From: Callorhinchus milii
Lineage: Eukaryota
DNA: 64,000 bases
Assembly: GCF_018977255.1 (NCBI RefSeq)
Contig: NW_024704743.1
Location: forward strand, 108,812,001 to 108,876,000
Direction: 5' to 3'
In this document: piece by piece, positions 12,255 to 26,089 of the stretch
How the letters are laid out: every line of letters begins with the position of its first letter
Numbering within the stretch: the stretch's first letter is position 1
Translations under genes and position numbers: made by a program
Notes under the pieces: model-generated
Database searches by the model: none
What the model was told of the DNA's origin: nothing
The model's input: the letters and a program-made list of their open reading frames with translations, nothing else

Positions 12255-13080
12255 GTCCAGTGACCCGCTGATACTCACTACCAAAGCTGAGAGATGAACT
12301 ACAAGCACTTGGGTAGGGTACCTGAGAGCAGCCTGTGTCTGTGGAACCATACCCCACGAAGAGGAGGAGCAGAGAGGCACATACCATTTGGGGAGGAAAT
12401 TAGAAAAATAATTGAATGAGCTTAAAAATAAAAGTTTTCCTAACCTGACACGTAGTGCTATTCTTTGGGTGAGGTATTGGATGGCTCCCAGGATCTGTGG
12501 AACCTGGTGCTAGAATGAATCACTGCCTTCCGGGAGTGGGGAGAAACAATTTAGGAAGAAAAGTGCTGAAATTTTCTCAAGCCTGTTTTCATTCATGAGC
12601 GAAACTTTCAGAGGGACTTAACTTGCTTGATCGGCCTGTATGTGTGAACGTGGATACATATCAGGGAGTGCTTTGCATTATCTATCAGTTTGGATCTATC
12701 GGGGATGTACTGTGTGGAGTACTAAACTCCTATTATCAGATAAAGAACCATTTAATTGTGTTTTTCATACCCAAATAGACTTTGGGATGATCCAATTGGT
12801 TTCAGTACTTTGGGATGAGAAGTGGGGGGATTCCGTGGTATTAGGAAAGATTCAAATCACCCGGTGACCCCTGCTGGAAAGTACCTCAGGGCGTGGATGT
12901 CACGTGTATCAGGCTCCATTGCGATGCTTCCCATAGCTGAATAGCCCGCAGTACACTCACAGCCGATGCTCACACACGAAGAATGGCCCTTTGGGTGAGG
13001 TATTGGATGGCTCCCAGTATCTGTGGAACCTGGTGCCAGGAAAAGTCATTGTCTTCCGGGAGAGAAGAGGAGAAACAATT
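12255..13080 (+). mobile_element. Cluster of three AmnSINE2-like 3' fragments (~12255-12410, ~12463-12547, ~12860-13077)
   Basis: Motifs gtgacccctgctggaaagt, ctcacacacgaagaatggcc.tttgggtgaggta and gtggaacc are shared with the minus copy at 33.25-33.64 kb. Family name is from recalled consensus. Confidence 0.6.
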
Positions 13081-13260
13081 TAGGAAGAAAAGCACTGAAA
13101 TTTTCTCAAGCTTGTTTTCATTTATGAGTGAAACTTTCAAAGGGACTTAATTTGTTTGATCAGCCTGTATGTGCAAATTTGGATGCATATTAGGGAATGC
13201 TTTGTATTATCTATCAGTTTGGATCTATCGGGGATGTAATGCATGGAGTACATAAACTTC
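12463..13260 (+). repeat. ~270-bp direct duplication (12463-12730 and 12989-13260)
   Basis: ctttgggtgaggtattggatggctccca...tatctatcagtttggatctatcggggatgta...ggagtac occurs twice, ~526 bp apart. Confidence 0.92.
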
Positions 13261-13629
13261 TAATTTGGTAATTTAGGCTTTCATTCCAGCTATTCCAGGT
13301 CACAAAAGATCAAACTGAATCGGGAGTCAGGGCACATAAATATTTGAGTAAGATTTCACTGAAAGGCTGTTCTGGAGAGTTCATAAGCCATATGTTTTGG
13401 AGGAAATGCTGTTATAATCCACAGCAGTAGCCAGACACATGCGAAGAATCCTGCTCTTCCGAGCAGCAAGTGCTTGTAACAGCTTGACTGTAAAAGCTCT
13501 TAAAAACGCACCTCGAAATCCACTCCATTTAAGACAAAGTTCAATGACTGAACTTAATTTAAAGGTGTGATGCTTTTTGCCCCCTCTCTCACTGTTATCT
13601 TGTACACATCATGTGAAGAGCTCTTATCG

Positions 13630-13795
13630 GGCATGTGTGTCACTCCAGGGAGCGTGTGTATTCCTTTCCAAATACAGGGAAATTTCCATATGTAAGTGGC
13701 ATACATACGTGGTACTCTCAGTCTGCTTTGGATATTCTGAAGCATGGTGATAGGTTTCTGCATGCGTCAGACACTTGTCTGCCCAAAAAATAAAT
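13630..13795 (+). mobile_element. Unclassified retroposon family, 3' fragment
   Basis: Shares ctccagggag..., tggata.tct...catggtgat.gg and gtcagacac...ccaaaaaa with copies at 19.9, 26.3 and 39.8 kb. Confidence 0.7.
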
Positions 13796-13899
13796 GAAAA
13801 GGACAGACACAAGATCTACTCGCAAGTCTCTGTTAATCCTCCTCTGTGATAGATAGGACATGAACAGTGAGAGTTGAAATCAATCTGTTCAGTAATAGG

Positions 13900-14130
13900 G
13901 AGCCAGTGGAGCCTGGCAAGGTTTTGTGTGTGTGAGAATCCAGGTGGCGGAGTTCTGAATTAGTTGTATTTTGTATATTTGTGGAGCTGGGGAGACCAGC
14001 GAGGAGGGATTTGGAATAGTCCAGCCAGGAAGCGACAAAGGCGTGGACGGAGTTTCAGCTGCTTTTGTTGTGAGGTACGGACGGAGACGGGCAATGTGAC
14101 AGAGGTGGAAAAAAGCTATCCTGATCAGGG
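13900..14130 (-). mobile_element. Old L2 fragment
   Basis: Similar to 61700-61950 (gagccagtggag...ggcggagttctgaat...gagaccagcgaggaggg). Confidence 0.7.
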
Positions 14131-15244
14131 AAAAGTTCCTTTGCTCAGGTTAACAGGACAAGGTTGCCCTTGTTCATCAATTTCTACTGAGAGTACACAA
14201 TAGCCCATTAATATATCCCGTAAACCTACAACTTTCCCCATCTATATGGCAAAATACCACCACATACAGAAGATTTACATTCCACACAATTTATATATTT
14301 TTAGCACCTATAAAAATGGAAGGATATCTTGAAGCACTGACATTGCTGGCTGGGCACCCTGGGGGAGGTGGGGGGGGAGGGGAGAGAAAGAGGGTGAAGA
14401 GGGAATTAAAATCAATATATCAGAAGCAGCAATTTTATTTTTATATTCTGTCCAAATTCTCCAATACAAAAGACTTTATTGAGGGTCAAGTTCAAGAAAT
14501 AACTGCAATCCTGATAAAGGAACTGAAACAATTTGCTTCTTGCACCAATCATACTTAAACAGCACCTCCACTGCAGCATTTGGGCAGATATTAATAGATT
14601 CTAAACTTTATCGCCATTTGAAGTATGACAGTATTAATGTCAAAGTACATCAATGTATAAGCAACCTACCATACTCTGAAGTAGAATTACGAAGCCTCAG
14701 TTCTCCCACAACATCAATAATACTTCAAAATTTGCTTTGCAGAGAGGAAACATTAATGCACAATGATATGTTGTAAATAGCCTGACGTTGATGTCTGTCA
14801 AAAGTTGTTTGAGAATTCATTGCTTCGAAATAGTACATCCCTGAAACAGTTTCCCTTTGGCACATATTATCAGATGAGGGCATCAGGTAGGCAATGTTGT
14901 CCTTTCCTCGCTAGCCCGACCAGACTGCTTTACATGACATAGTTATACAAGGTAACACATATCAAAACAACGGGTGAAATGTGTTCAAAAAATCTAGATC
15001 TTCAGATGTTGAGGACAATACACAAATGCTTTGGCATGCTTCTACGTATTGTGCTGGGACTTGAATATATATTCTTGACAGAAGGGAAGTGCCGTTTGAC
15101 TTTAGAAAATGTTACTGTCCATCACATAGAGGGGAATGCTGTTTTACATTTATCGATGTGAGCAGTGAATTTTTTTAGCAGACCTTGCAATGCTTTTTAC
15201 ATTATTTCTCATTATAACAACATGTCAGAGAATTTCAATAAAAA

Positions 15245-16820
15245 GTATTTTTCTACAGTCTTCACCGTAGAAGACACTGGAAACATACCAAAAATAGAGG
15301 ACCAAGAAGACAATGTTAGCGAGCAACTTAGGGAGATTAACATTAGTAAAGAGATGGTTCTAGGTAAATTGTCGGGTCTTAAAACCGATAAATCCCCTGG
15401 ACCGGATGGCCTGCATCCGAGAGTTTTAAAGGAGGTGGCTACTGAGATAGTGGATGGCATGTCTATAATCTTCCAAAAGTCTGTGGATATTGGAAAAGTT
15501 CCCATTGATTGGAAGATTGCAAACGTAACTCCACTATTTAAGAAGGGTGGGAGAGAAAATAGGGAAAACTATAGACCAGTTAGTTTGCCGTCAGTTGTAG
15601 GGAAAATTCTTGAGTCCTTAATAAAAGACGTAGTTATGGGATACCTGTTAGACCATAAAAAGATTAGGCAGAGTCAACATGGCTTTACAAAAGGGAAGTC
15701 ATGCTTGACTAACCTTTTAGAATTTTTTGAGGATGTGTCCAGCAGGTTGGATAAGGGGGAACCAGTAGATGTGGTATATTTGGATTTTAGGAAGGCATTT
15801 GACAAGGTGCCACACAAAAGGCTGTTACTCAAGATCAAGGCCCACGGGATTAATGGGAAAATATTAACATGGATAGAAGAGTGGCTATCGGGTAGAAAGC
15901 AGAGAGTAGTGATAAACGGATCATTCTCGAATTGGCAGGATGTAACTAGTGGAGTGCCACAAGGATCAGTGCTTGGGCCTCAGCTATTTACCATTTACAT
16001 CAATGATCTGGACGAGGACATTGAATGTAATGTGTCTAAATTCGCGGATGATACTAAACTAGGTAGCAGAGTGAGCTCTCAGGATGATGCAAAAAGATTG
16101 CAACAAGATATAGATAGGCTAGGGGAGTGGGCAAGTAGGTGGCAGATGGAATTCAATGTTAGCAAGTGTGAAATTATTCACCTTGGTAGCAAGAATAAAA
16201 GAACAGATTATTTTCTGGAAGGGGAGAAGTTAGATAGTGTTAGTATTCAAAGAGATTTGGGTGTCCTTGTACACCAGTCCCAAAAAGTTAGTTTGCAGGT
16301 GCAGCAAGCAACTAAAAAGGCGAACGGCATGTTAGCGTTCATTTCGAAAGGTTTAGAATATAAGAGTAGGGAAGTCTTGCTGCAACTGTATAGGGCTTTG
16401 GTGAGACCGCACCTAGAGTATTGTGTGCAGTTTTGGTCTCCTTATTTAAAAAAGGACATACTTGCCCTAGAGGGGGTGCAGCGTAGATTCACTCGGTTAG
16501 TTCCTGGGATGAGGGGACTGACCTATGAGGATAGGCTGAATAAACTAGGGCTGTATTCTCTAGGGTACAGAAGAATTAGGGGGGATCTTATTGAAACTTA
16601 TAAGATTCTTAAAAGGGCTGGATAAAGTAGACACTGAGGGTCTGTTTCCCCTGGTAGGAGAATCTATAACCAGGGGTCACAGTCTTAAAATTAAGGGTCA
16701 GCCTCTTAGAACAGAGTTGAGGAAACATTTCTTCACTCAGAGGGTAGTGAATTTATGGAATTCACTACCCCAGAAGGCTGTAGATGCTCAGTCCTTGAAC
16801 ATTTTCAAGGCTGAGACTGA
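15245..16820 (+). mobile_element. CR1 LINE ORF2 (RT domain in one open frame), truncated at both ends
   Basis: 486-aa ORF with [52 protein letters not shown] and FADD. Frameshift near 16615; no 3' UTR. Confidence 0.97.
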
Positions 16821-19199
16821 TACTGTTATTTTAAAATATTTTTAGTATGAGTTAATTAAATGTTAACAAATCTTAGCATCCCATGGCACTACTCGAAAAG
16901 AGAAGGGAGTTTTTCCTGGTGTCCCCGTTCTTAAATGGATGCCCTCTAGTTACTGATGGTATGGTAGAACCTGATTCTGTAAAACAAATAGAAAACAGGA
17001 GCCACTATTGACTCCAGAGGATGTGTGCTAATGCCACATGTGACATGAAGCAAAACAAACATTCCTGACCATGAAAAATAAAGGGCAGTATCTTAATGGT
17101 TTGAAAAGGGATGCAAGAGACAAGATACCTCACAGCAGTGACTGACATGCAAATACACACTAAAGTGATAAAACATAAGAACACGGAAGCCCAGTAAATG
17201 TACAGAACAAAAAAGACAAAAAAGATGACTGCGGTTCCTTCTGGCCGGTAACAGTGAACATATTCTGCATCTACGAAAAAAGCAGATGGCCTTAATCCTC
17301 AAAATATAGATAAAGGAGGAGACCACATGCTTTGAGTCTGGGGACATTAAATGGATCTGCAGATAACTTTAAGTATTCAACGTGTTGGCACTTCTTAACA
17401 ATTACCATTGCAAAAGTATGAAGTGGAAAGTATGACATCTGCAAGAGGCTACTGTATATCTGTGGATGGTGGATTCCTTTTTGTTTGAAAACCTGTCAGA
17501 TTGAGTTGTGTCGGTGTAAGTTTATGGTGTGCAATAACTTTAAGCATGCCAATAACAATAATGCTTCCTGGCACTGGAGATGGCTTAGAAATCATAAAAT
17601 GCCTTATTCACTGCCTGAATAACATTTGCAACAATTTCATATATATTAAAAAAAACACAACTCAGGTAAATACAGCTTCTGCTGCACGAAAGTCTTATCT
17701 GGGTTCATGTTTACCATCGAGCAGAGGTACTCAACCCCACTTTAGGAATCCGTAAACAACTCTCGTAGTTAATGTTCAATCTAATGATGGAAAAATCAGA
17801 GCTGAGCAGTTTTCAAAGGATTCTACCCTTATGTTAGTGGTTTAATTGCTTCTTAACTGCTTTGGCAAAACACATTATCACTGAGCACTGAAGCCCAGAG
17901 CAAAGTAGATATAGCTGGTAGTTCTGCCCAAACCTCATTTACTGATGAAGTGCTACTAAGTGCTCCAAGACTCTACCCCAGGTGAAGGGTGTATATAAAT
18001 GCAATTTGTTGCTATTGCCTAAACTTTATGTTTATTATAGGTGATATGACTAAAAAGTGGGATAATCCAGGCTTTACTTTCTAGAAATCACTTGAATTAA
18101 AGAAACTGGACAGCACATATTAGAGTGAACATGTTACGAGACCCTATGGCTTGATATGCAGTGCTTATTCTCTAACTTAACCAGCTTCTGATACATCAAT
18201 CTTTGCCCCCAGTGCAGGAGACAATAAAGGTTACGAATAAATGAAATACCCTGTTGGCATCTTCAAACATATGTTTACTGTATTGGGCTGCCTCCAGTGA
18301 ATAGGAACTAATAAAATAAAACCGGGCACTGATTCTGAGTTTTCAAGTGAGGAAAAATCCCCAATAAGTATAATAAGTATAAGCGGGAAACGTTTTCCAA
18401 AACCAAATTTAATGGAGATTCACAGTGTGAACATGAAATTTAAAGTGTTTTTGTTATTAAAAAAAGGGAAAATAGCAATTTAACTTGATAAATTATTAAG
18501 AACCTTAGTAGTATTGTTGCTAGAAACTTGGCAGTGAAGAGAATAGATAAGTTGGCTGCTTCTACTTAGTTTGCAGAAACATCTGAAGCTACATAACAGC
18601 TAAATTCGGTTCCCTTTCTCCACTGTGACTATTCTAAAATGTGTTCCCAAAGCATGAACTAAGTGGTCTACTGGCATATGGTGAAACCTCCGTTTGAGCG
18701 CCAAAGTCTGGATGCTGTTTTGAAACAGCTGTTGTCTAGTTCTGCTCCATACAGCTGATTCCCTGCAACAGCTGGGAGTCCTCTGTGACCCATACAGAGA
18801 ACACAGGGCCTGCTGGGAACAAATAGATGTGGAGGCAAAAATATTGGCAAGATGAAAAAGTGAGCTAATCAATAATTTAAAATCTTAATAACCATTTTGT
18901 CATCAAGGGCTTGAGTAATTAATAGTATTTACATAACGAACATCAAAATAAACAAAACATGGGGATCTCATACATTTTCCATAGAAGAATAAAACAATTT
19001 CTTGTCATTTCTCTTCGTCGTTTCCCGTTCTATCCTACTGTCTTACCCTGCCCTGCGGCCTGAGCTAGATAAGTGGGGAAGTGAGCCAGATTCCTCCACA
19101 GCTTTCCAGACCAATTGTGCTCAGCAAGGCATGCTGCAGCAAGTGAAGTATCACAGGAAATGGCTGTATTCTTTTAAGTGATGTTGCTCAGTGGCTAGT

Positions 19200-19490
19200 T
19201 AACAACAATAAATTGCATTTATATTGTGCCTTTCATGTTGGAAAGACGTCCCATGGAGCTGGACAATGAGAGGTTTGCACTCGAGCTACAGGTTGCAATC
19301 AGAGAGGTGTGGAGGGCAAGAGGGGTCGAGGAGGGAAGATGATCGAAGGCAAGGTCAAAAAGGAATGTCTTGAGACGGGCCTTGAAGGAGGCAAGGGAGG
19401 GGTAAAGTGGAAGGGTTACAGGATGGAGTTTCAAAAGGGGGTGGGGTGAGGGGGTGTGCAGCTAGGCTGAAGGCCCAACCGCTGATAGTT
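19200..19490 (-). mobile_element. L2 3' end
   Basis: Minus ORF ...SFKARLKTFLFDLAF; caacaa tail. Confidence 0.8.
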
Positions 19491-19911
19491 AACAGCTGGA
19501 ATTGGTTACCAGGAAGGGTGATAGAGACCAGGACGCTGGACTCATTTGGGAAATATTGATGCTGTTATCCAAAGCTGGTAGGGTTGGTATTCTGCAAGAA
19601 TGAAATCAAATGGGCCAAAGAGACTTGTTAAAAATAATAACAGTAATAATAATCCTTACACTTGATATAGTGCCTCATTGAAACACAGAGTGCACTGGAT
19701 TAACACTAGACTGTAGTGATCATATATTTGAGGGCAGGCACAGCAGCCAATTTGCACATAACAACGTCCCACAAATAGTCATGAAATGAATGACCAATTT
19801 TATTATAAAAACAGAAGTCCCTGGGAACATTCAGCAGATCAAGCAGCATCTATGGAAAGAGAAAAGTGAGTTAACGCTTAAATCAATAAGCTTTCATCAG
19901 AACCCTAAAGA

Positions 19912-20216
19912 TAGGGCGGTCCTAGCTGGACAAGAAGCGGGCAAGCTTGCCAGACAGTGTAGTCAATGGCAAGCAATGCATTTTACCCTAATGTATATTC
20001 TGGAGTCCCCAAGCTGTGGCTCCTGCCAACCTGCGTCTAATACTTTCTGGGATTATGTAAGCAGGATGCATCCCTCCAGGGAGAGAGTGCACATTCCATT
20101 CCAACAATCTATCTCTGGGATTTTCATGCTGGATGGGATGCATGGAAATCTTAGCTTGGTTTGGATACTCTTAATGGGATTCCGTGTATGTCAGACACCC
20201 GGCTGACCAAAAAACA
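19912..20216 (+). mobile_element. Unclassified retroposon family copy
   Basis: gggcggtcctagctggacaa...ccctccagggagaga...gtcagacacccggctgaccaaaaaa. Confidence 0.75.
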
Positions 20217-23200
20217 GGATGCTTGAAATCCTTTTCATTGATTGTTAATTAAAGAATTTAGGACACCTGTAATAAAATAATAAACCTTGAATTTGCCGTA
20301 GCGACTTTTCATCTCAAGAGACAGAGTAGAAGTGTTCTCTTCACTGTCAGAAGAATATAATTATTTTGTGCCCTTAGATATTTCCCTGGGAAAAGAGGTT
20401 GACAATTGTACATCAGACAAATTTCAGGCAGTCTGCTAAACCAGTGCTTAAGATAGTGTCAGGATGGATGAAAGGTAAAGTAGGATATTCACCAGCACTT
20501 TCAATAAAATCTCCCATCCCCTCTCTTTGCTCTCTCTTCTTGCATTCTTTTTTTGATCCTCCAACTTACATTATTCTATTCTGTTTAAATATCTAGAAAT
20601 GTGTCTGGTACTCTCCTAGCTTCCAAATATTCTTCCCATCAGACAAAATACAATAACAATGTCCATTTACATAGTACCCTTCACGCGGATAGCATCTCTG
20701 AGCGCTTAAGAGATATGCAGTGCACCTCTTCATCTAAAATATGAGGACCTAATAATCCTTCACAGTGAAGACATGATTCCTCCAGCTATGCGTAATGTAG
20801 TGGTGGCCAATCCATGGGCTGGAAGTGTCCGTTAGGGCCACCCGGAAGTAGTCCGCCAATCATTCACATCAGTCCAGGTGAGTCTGTTCCAAATCAATGC
20901 CTTGTTTCCAGCAGATAATGAGCGGCAATGCCACAAATAAAGAAATATTCAATCAATTAAACTTATTTTGTTGGTGACCAAAAAGGTTGTAATGTATGTG
21001 AGTTAGCTTGAGCTCTGTGCTACAGGATGGGCTCCGCCTGTCAACAGAATAAAAATTCAGTATCCACAATGTTCTCATTCCCACCACCACCCACACAGCA
21101 AAATATGCCACCTGTCTGTCCAGGGGAGATTCAATGAAAGTCTTCATCTACACTGATATAACTGTATTTCGTGGGACAACTTACACTTATACAGCAGCCT
21201 TCATGCAGGATAGCATCTCGGAGCTCTGTCAGTGTATATCGGGATGATATGGGAAGCCCTCAAGTATGAAACTGCTCCATTATCAGGTTGCTCCTGGCTC
21301 CTATTGTTTTAAATGTTTCCGAGTTAAGTGTGCCATGATGACCTCTTGTGACTAAAATCTTACCATACAACTATAGCAGTCACATAAACAAAAGCCACTG
21401 AAATGCAGGCAGTGAAAATTAAAACACATTGCAGGAATTACAATGAATAACCGTGGAAATTGTAGGATATCTTGAATAGGCTACAATTAGCAGATCTACA
21501 AATATTGTGTCTACTGGGGAATGGAGGAGGGGAATAGAAGAAACATTCTTGATCTGAATACCATTTTAATTATTTGGTTGAGAGCTCATGTGGGAATATG
21601 GGTCTATTCATATTTCTGTGGCACAGTTCATTTGCTGAAGTAGCAGTTAAATGCTGCTTAGTTATCTGTCGATAACATGCTTGAGTTTTATTGACCATAT
21701 CAACTTTCTGATTATAGTGGAGCCTTACTATATACAATTCCAATTAATCAAAGACAAATTATGGGAGAGAAATTTCACCCATGTCTAGATTCTAGACTCT
21801 ATTTAAATAGCATTTCAGTGTGTCCAGAATTTGTCAGATTCTTAAACACCAACTTGCACAGTGTCCCACGTTAAGAAATTGGCTGACATGTTTCGCCCAC
21901 AAAATACAGTCAATGCACTTTACAGTATATTCTGTGACGCGCTTTGAGATGACTCAATTACGTGATAAGGCGCTATATCAAATGCAAGGATTATTATTAA
22001 TATTTTTATGGGTTCTTTTCATGTGGAGTATGAATGTAAGTTGATATCTTAGCACGAATAATGCCACAGAAATCACCTTAAAGTAATGCCTGAAATAACA
22101 ATTCATCTTATCAAATGGGCAAGTACCTTTCAACTGTTTCTTCCCACTGGGACATGAATCTGAACTTTTCCAGTATTATCTATTGACTGGTATTACTAGC
22201 TCCAAAAAAAAGTGGAAGGAAAGAGCTGGAACAGCAGAGTTTGCTTGTATTTCTAAAGCAAAAGGTGAAAGGTGGTCAGTAGGATGGAAGAGCAACTCGA
22301 ATGAGAGTCTTCTTTTTATAGAGCCATTTGGACCATTAACCTGTCTTGATCACCACAGGAGAATCATCACAGCGGGTGTGATGGATACTCCATTAGAGGG
22401 TTGATACTCCCACAACTGAGCTTATCAATGTGCAGAAAGCCATGGCAGTTTTCAATATTTTTCAAGATCTTGGTTAAATTATTCAATTAGCGACTTTTTT
22501 AAAAAAAAAACAGTTCCAAACGCATAGCCTGAAAGTTATGAAAATAACCCATTACTGATATTTTTATTACTCAATTAAGCTGAAAGGTGCTAAATGTAAT
22601 TTAATTCTAACATCTGTCTTTGTTCATTAGGATACGCAAAAGATCTTAATTTCCAAATCCCTCTCTCATTTCAGCGTCAAATACAAACCGTGCACTGGTT
22701 GCCATTTCTGCTGCATCACCTCAGGCTACTGGCGTAGAGAAGCATCACTTAAAAAGTAATTTGGTAAATAAATACACCCCTGTGGAGAATGTGTTAAAGG
22801 GAAAGTTGCAGAGGCATCTATTGTAGGCAGCAAATGCCTTGGGGGAAGGAGTCACTCCTTTCAAACCAGCAGCAACTTTTTTGTGTTATTAGTCTTGAGA
22901 CAACGGCTGTCAGTATTGTTTAAAGAAGATCCCTTATGGTCTTCTCATTAATTAATTGCACTGTTTGTTGATTCTGTTCTGATTCAAGAGCTCCCCTGTG
23001 AGTCTTTTGGGTGTTCGGCAATGTTTTGATGCTGAATTCTATTTGCCACTCCTAAATTCCCAAGCTGACCCTTTGCTGTCGCCAACACAAAAGGAAACAG
23101 AGACTTTGAAAGAAAAATAATAATCTGATCGTTTTAAATTCACAGGCGGTTTTTGAAGATTTTTCCCCACAGAGCAGTTTTAGAAAAAAAAATTACCTGA

Positions 23201-23320
23201 AGCAACCATTGATTGACAGTCAGTGTTTAATAGACCGGGTGGAGGGAGGTAAGGTTTGCAAATGTATAATTGAACTACTTGAACTAATGAACATAAGAAA
23301 GTGTTATGTTTATATTTATA

Positions 23321-23730
23321 GCAGCTTGGCTCAGTTGGTAGCACTCTTACCCTGAGTCAGAAGGTTGTGGGTTCAAGCTCCACATTGGGATTTTGAACGC
23401 ACATAGTCTCCAATGCAGTGCTGAGCATTGCTACATTGTTGAAGGTTCCAAACTTCAGATGAGATGTTAAAACAAGGTCCCATCTGGCTGTTCAGCTGGA
23501 CGTTGAAGATCCCTTGACACTATTTGAAAAGGGAAGAGAATTTCTCCCAATATGCTAGCAAACAATCCTCCAGGTAAATCTAGTCATTCTCTTCATGGCT
23601 GTTTGTGGGATATTGTTGTCATTACACACAGAAAACACACAGTCACCATACTTTACAGTAAAATCCTATGAAATACTTTGAAATGTTCTCCCAAGGTGAA
23701 AAGAGCTAAATCAAATGCAAGGATTATCAT
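23321..23730 (+). mobile_element. Near full-length Deu-domain SINE (SacSINE1/AmnSINE1-like, tRNA head)
   Basis: A box tggctcagttgg, B box gggttcaagctc, Deu-like body (ttcagatgagatgttaaaacaaggtcc...gaagatccc...cactatttgaa) and L2-type tail. Confidence 0.85.
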
Positions 23731-24489
23731 TAATGTACTACAACTGAGTACTTAAAGCTTGAAGATTTTCATTTAGTGAAGGCAAATGATTAATTTACAT
23801 GCGTTCTTTGGTGACATGGTCGCTCTTTCTCCAATGCATTCCAACTCATTTCTCATCTGAACTGATGCAAATGTTTTTTCAATCTCCTACTTTTTATCAT
23901 TTTGTATCCTCATTAAAAATGATTGAAAGCCCTGGCCTTCCCACGAGAAGTACTGTAATCCTTACCTTAGGCCGAAGAAGAGAACTGCCAAACAAAAAGA
24001 TTAATTTGTTCCTTGATGTTTTCCGAGGGTCTAGCATTAAACTGACCCAGGATAGACATAGCACAGCCAGGAATAAAACTTCATTTACTCTGACAGAAAT
24101 ACACAGTCACTACAAAGTACAGGTAATCCTGCAAAGCTCTCTGAGACTTTGGCGACAATGTGATAAGTCGCTACTTAAAATGCAAGGATTATTTATATTA
24201 CTTATTCTCCCCCAAATGTAACTCAATCTCAACGTCAGAAGTGTAGCATTGATGCTGATTGCCATTGCTCACATCTGGCATTCCTGTGGCTTCCCCCAAT
24301 TGCCGAGTTAATTGTGTATTGTAACTGTGCCACTAGTCAGACATACTATGCTTCACATCATCACTATATGGCCACAGTGCGAGGAGGAGGAACTTTCCAA
24401 ATCATCAGACATGTCTGGATGTCCCAGGTGCGATACAGTAATGAACAAAATGACTGTGCTGCATAGTCCTGCAACACACAAGTTTAGAT

Positions 24490-24770
24490 TTTCCACACCT
24501 TTCACATCAGGGGTGTCTCAAAGCACTTCACAGAACCAACTGGGAGCTAGTGGTAGGGAAAGCTGAGGAAGGAAGGGGAGGGGAAGTGATCTTTAAAGGT
24601 GGGGAGGGAGGGGGCAAGGCAAAGGGACTTTGGGATGGATTTCCAAAGACCAGAGGGGAAATGGTTAGTTCGCTGATCGGAGGAGAGGATTGGGTGGGTA
24701 CGTGAGCGGGAGATCGTGTTTGCCGAATGGAGTGAGCTGCTGGAGCAGTAGGATCGCAGAAGGTCACAGA
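24490..24770 (-). mobile_element. L2 3' fragment (old)
   Basis: Minus translation ...PSGLWKSIPKSL.LAPSLPTFK. Confidence 0.7.
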
Positions 24771-25819
24771 GGCAATAATAATAATAATAATACTTGCAGT
24801 TTATGTAGTACCTTTCGTACCAGGTTGACATCTCAAAGCACTTCACGGGATACAGTGTAAATTGTAGGGACTGTGCATTTTGTAGGGTGGGGCAACGGAG
24901 TATTTTAAAGGACCACAAAGGAGGTTTATATGGAAAAGTAATTTATGCTCCAGATACCTTACAAACCATTTCACAGTCAGGAGGCTTAGAGGGGACTCCA
25001 AAAGATATAGACAGAATTTTTTTTACCATTTGGTCACTTCATTTTCCACCTAGTGACCATGAACAGCAAATTTAATCTAGTTAAGGTCCACCCTGGGGAT
25101 GTTATGCATTACAGCATCCATATTTGATGGATGGCACTGGTATGCAATGGGCACTCTTACTTATTCAGCCCACTTACAAGTAATTTTATGTGTTTTTTAA
25201 TTGAAAATTTTACACACAGCTGGAGCTGTTTCCTGATGAGAAAATTTTTAAATGGTTGATTATTGTCAAAACCTCCAAGTTTAAAAATGCCTAGATAAAA
25301 TAGGTCATTCACTTCACTGCTGTTTGTCGGACATTGCTGTGCGCAAATTGGCTGCCGCTTTTGCGTATAAATACACAATGACTACACTTCCTAGTAAAAA
25401 TACTGTGAAGCACGTTAGCATGTCCTCCCTATGTAAAAGGCAATATATCAAATGCTAAAATTATTGTTATTAAGTTAAAGGTTTTTAAATTGTGTCAGTA
25501 ATTCAGGTGATTGTCTGATTTATATCAGAAAGCTGATAAGAAAACGTAATAAAGCTGTATTGGAGCTGTATTGTATGGAAAAAAATTTACATTAAATATT
25601 GCACTATTGAAAATGTAGTAAAAATGTTATATGTAGTGAAATATCACAATGAACTTGCATCTCCGCAGGTTAGTATCGTTCTTGACAGTTTGCCATCAGC
25701 GATGTTCTGGGGTACTGTGGACCTGCCTGGCTAAGGAACTGGATTCCCATGACTACCACAAAGGGTTGACTTGACACCCTACTTACATTCCACAAAGATA
25801 ATATGGAGGATTATTGCAT

Positions 25820-26060
25820 TGTTGCCAGGACACCGGGATAAAGTACCTACTCTGCTTGAATAATGCCATGGTATCTTTAAACATCTGGCTGAACAGGCAG
25901 ATGGGCCCCTGCTGCAGCATCTCCTATGAAGAGCAGATCTTCAACAATTCAGCACTCCCCCAGCACGAACCAGAATGTCAGCCGAGGCTATGTGAGCTCA
26001 TAGTCCGACAAAGGGCTCAAACTTGTAGGCAAGATTGCTATCGACTGCACCAGGCTGGAT
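25820..26060 (-). mobile_element. Deu-domain SINE fragment
   Basis: Reverse complement matches the Deu body (taaagataccatggcattattcaagcagagtagg...ccggtgtcctggcaac). Confidence 0.7.
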
Positions 26061-26089
26061 GTCGAATAACTTGTGACTATCTTCCTTGA

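Noticed and set aside
22631..22763. Plus-strand exon (ctaac...ttcattag acceptor, gtaaat donor)
   Set aside because: Weak donor, stops in all frames from this acceptor, and the peptide from the alternative acceptor is unrecognised.
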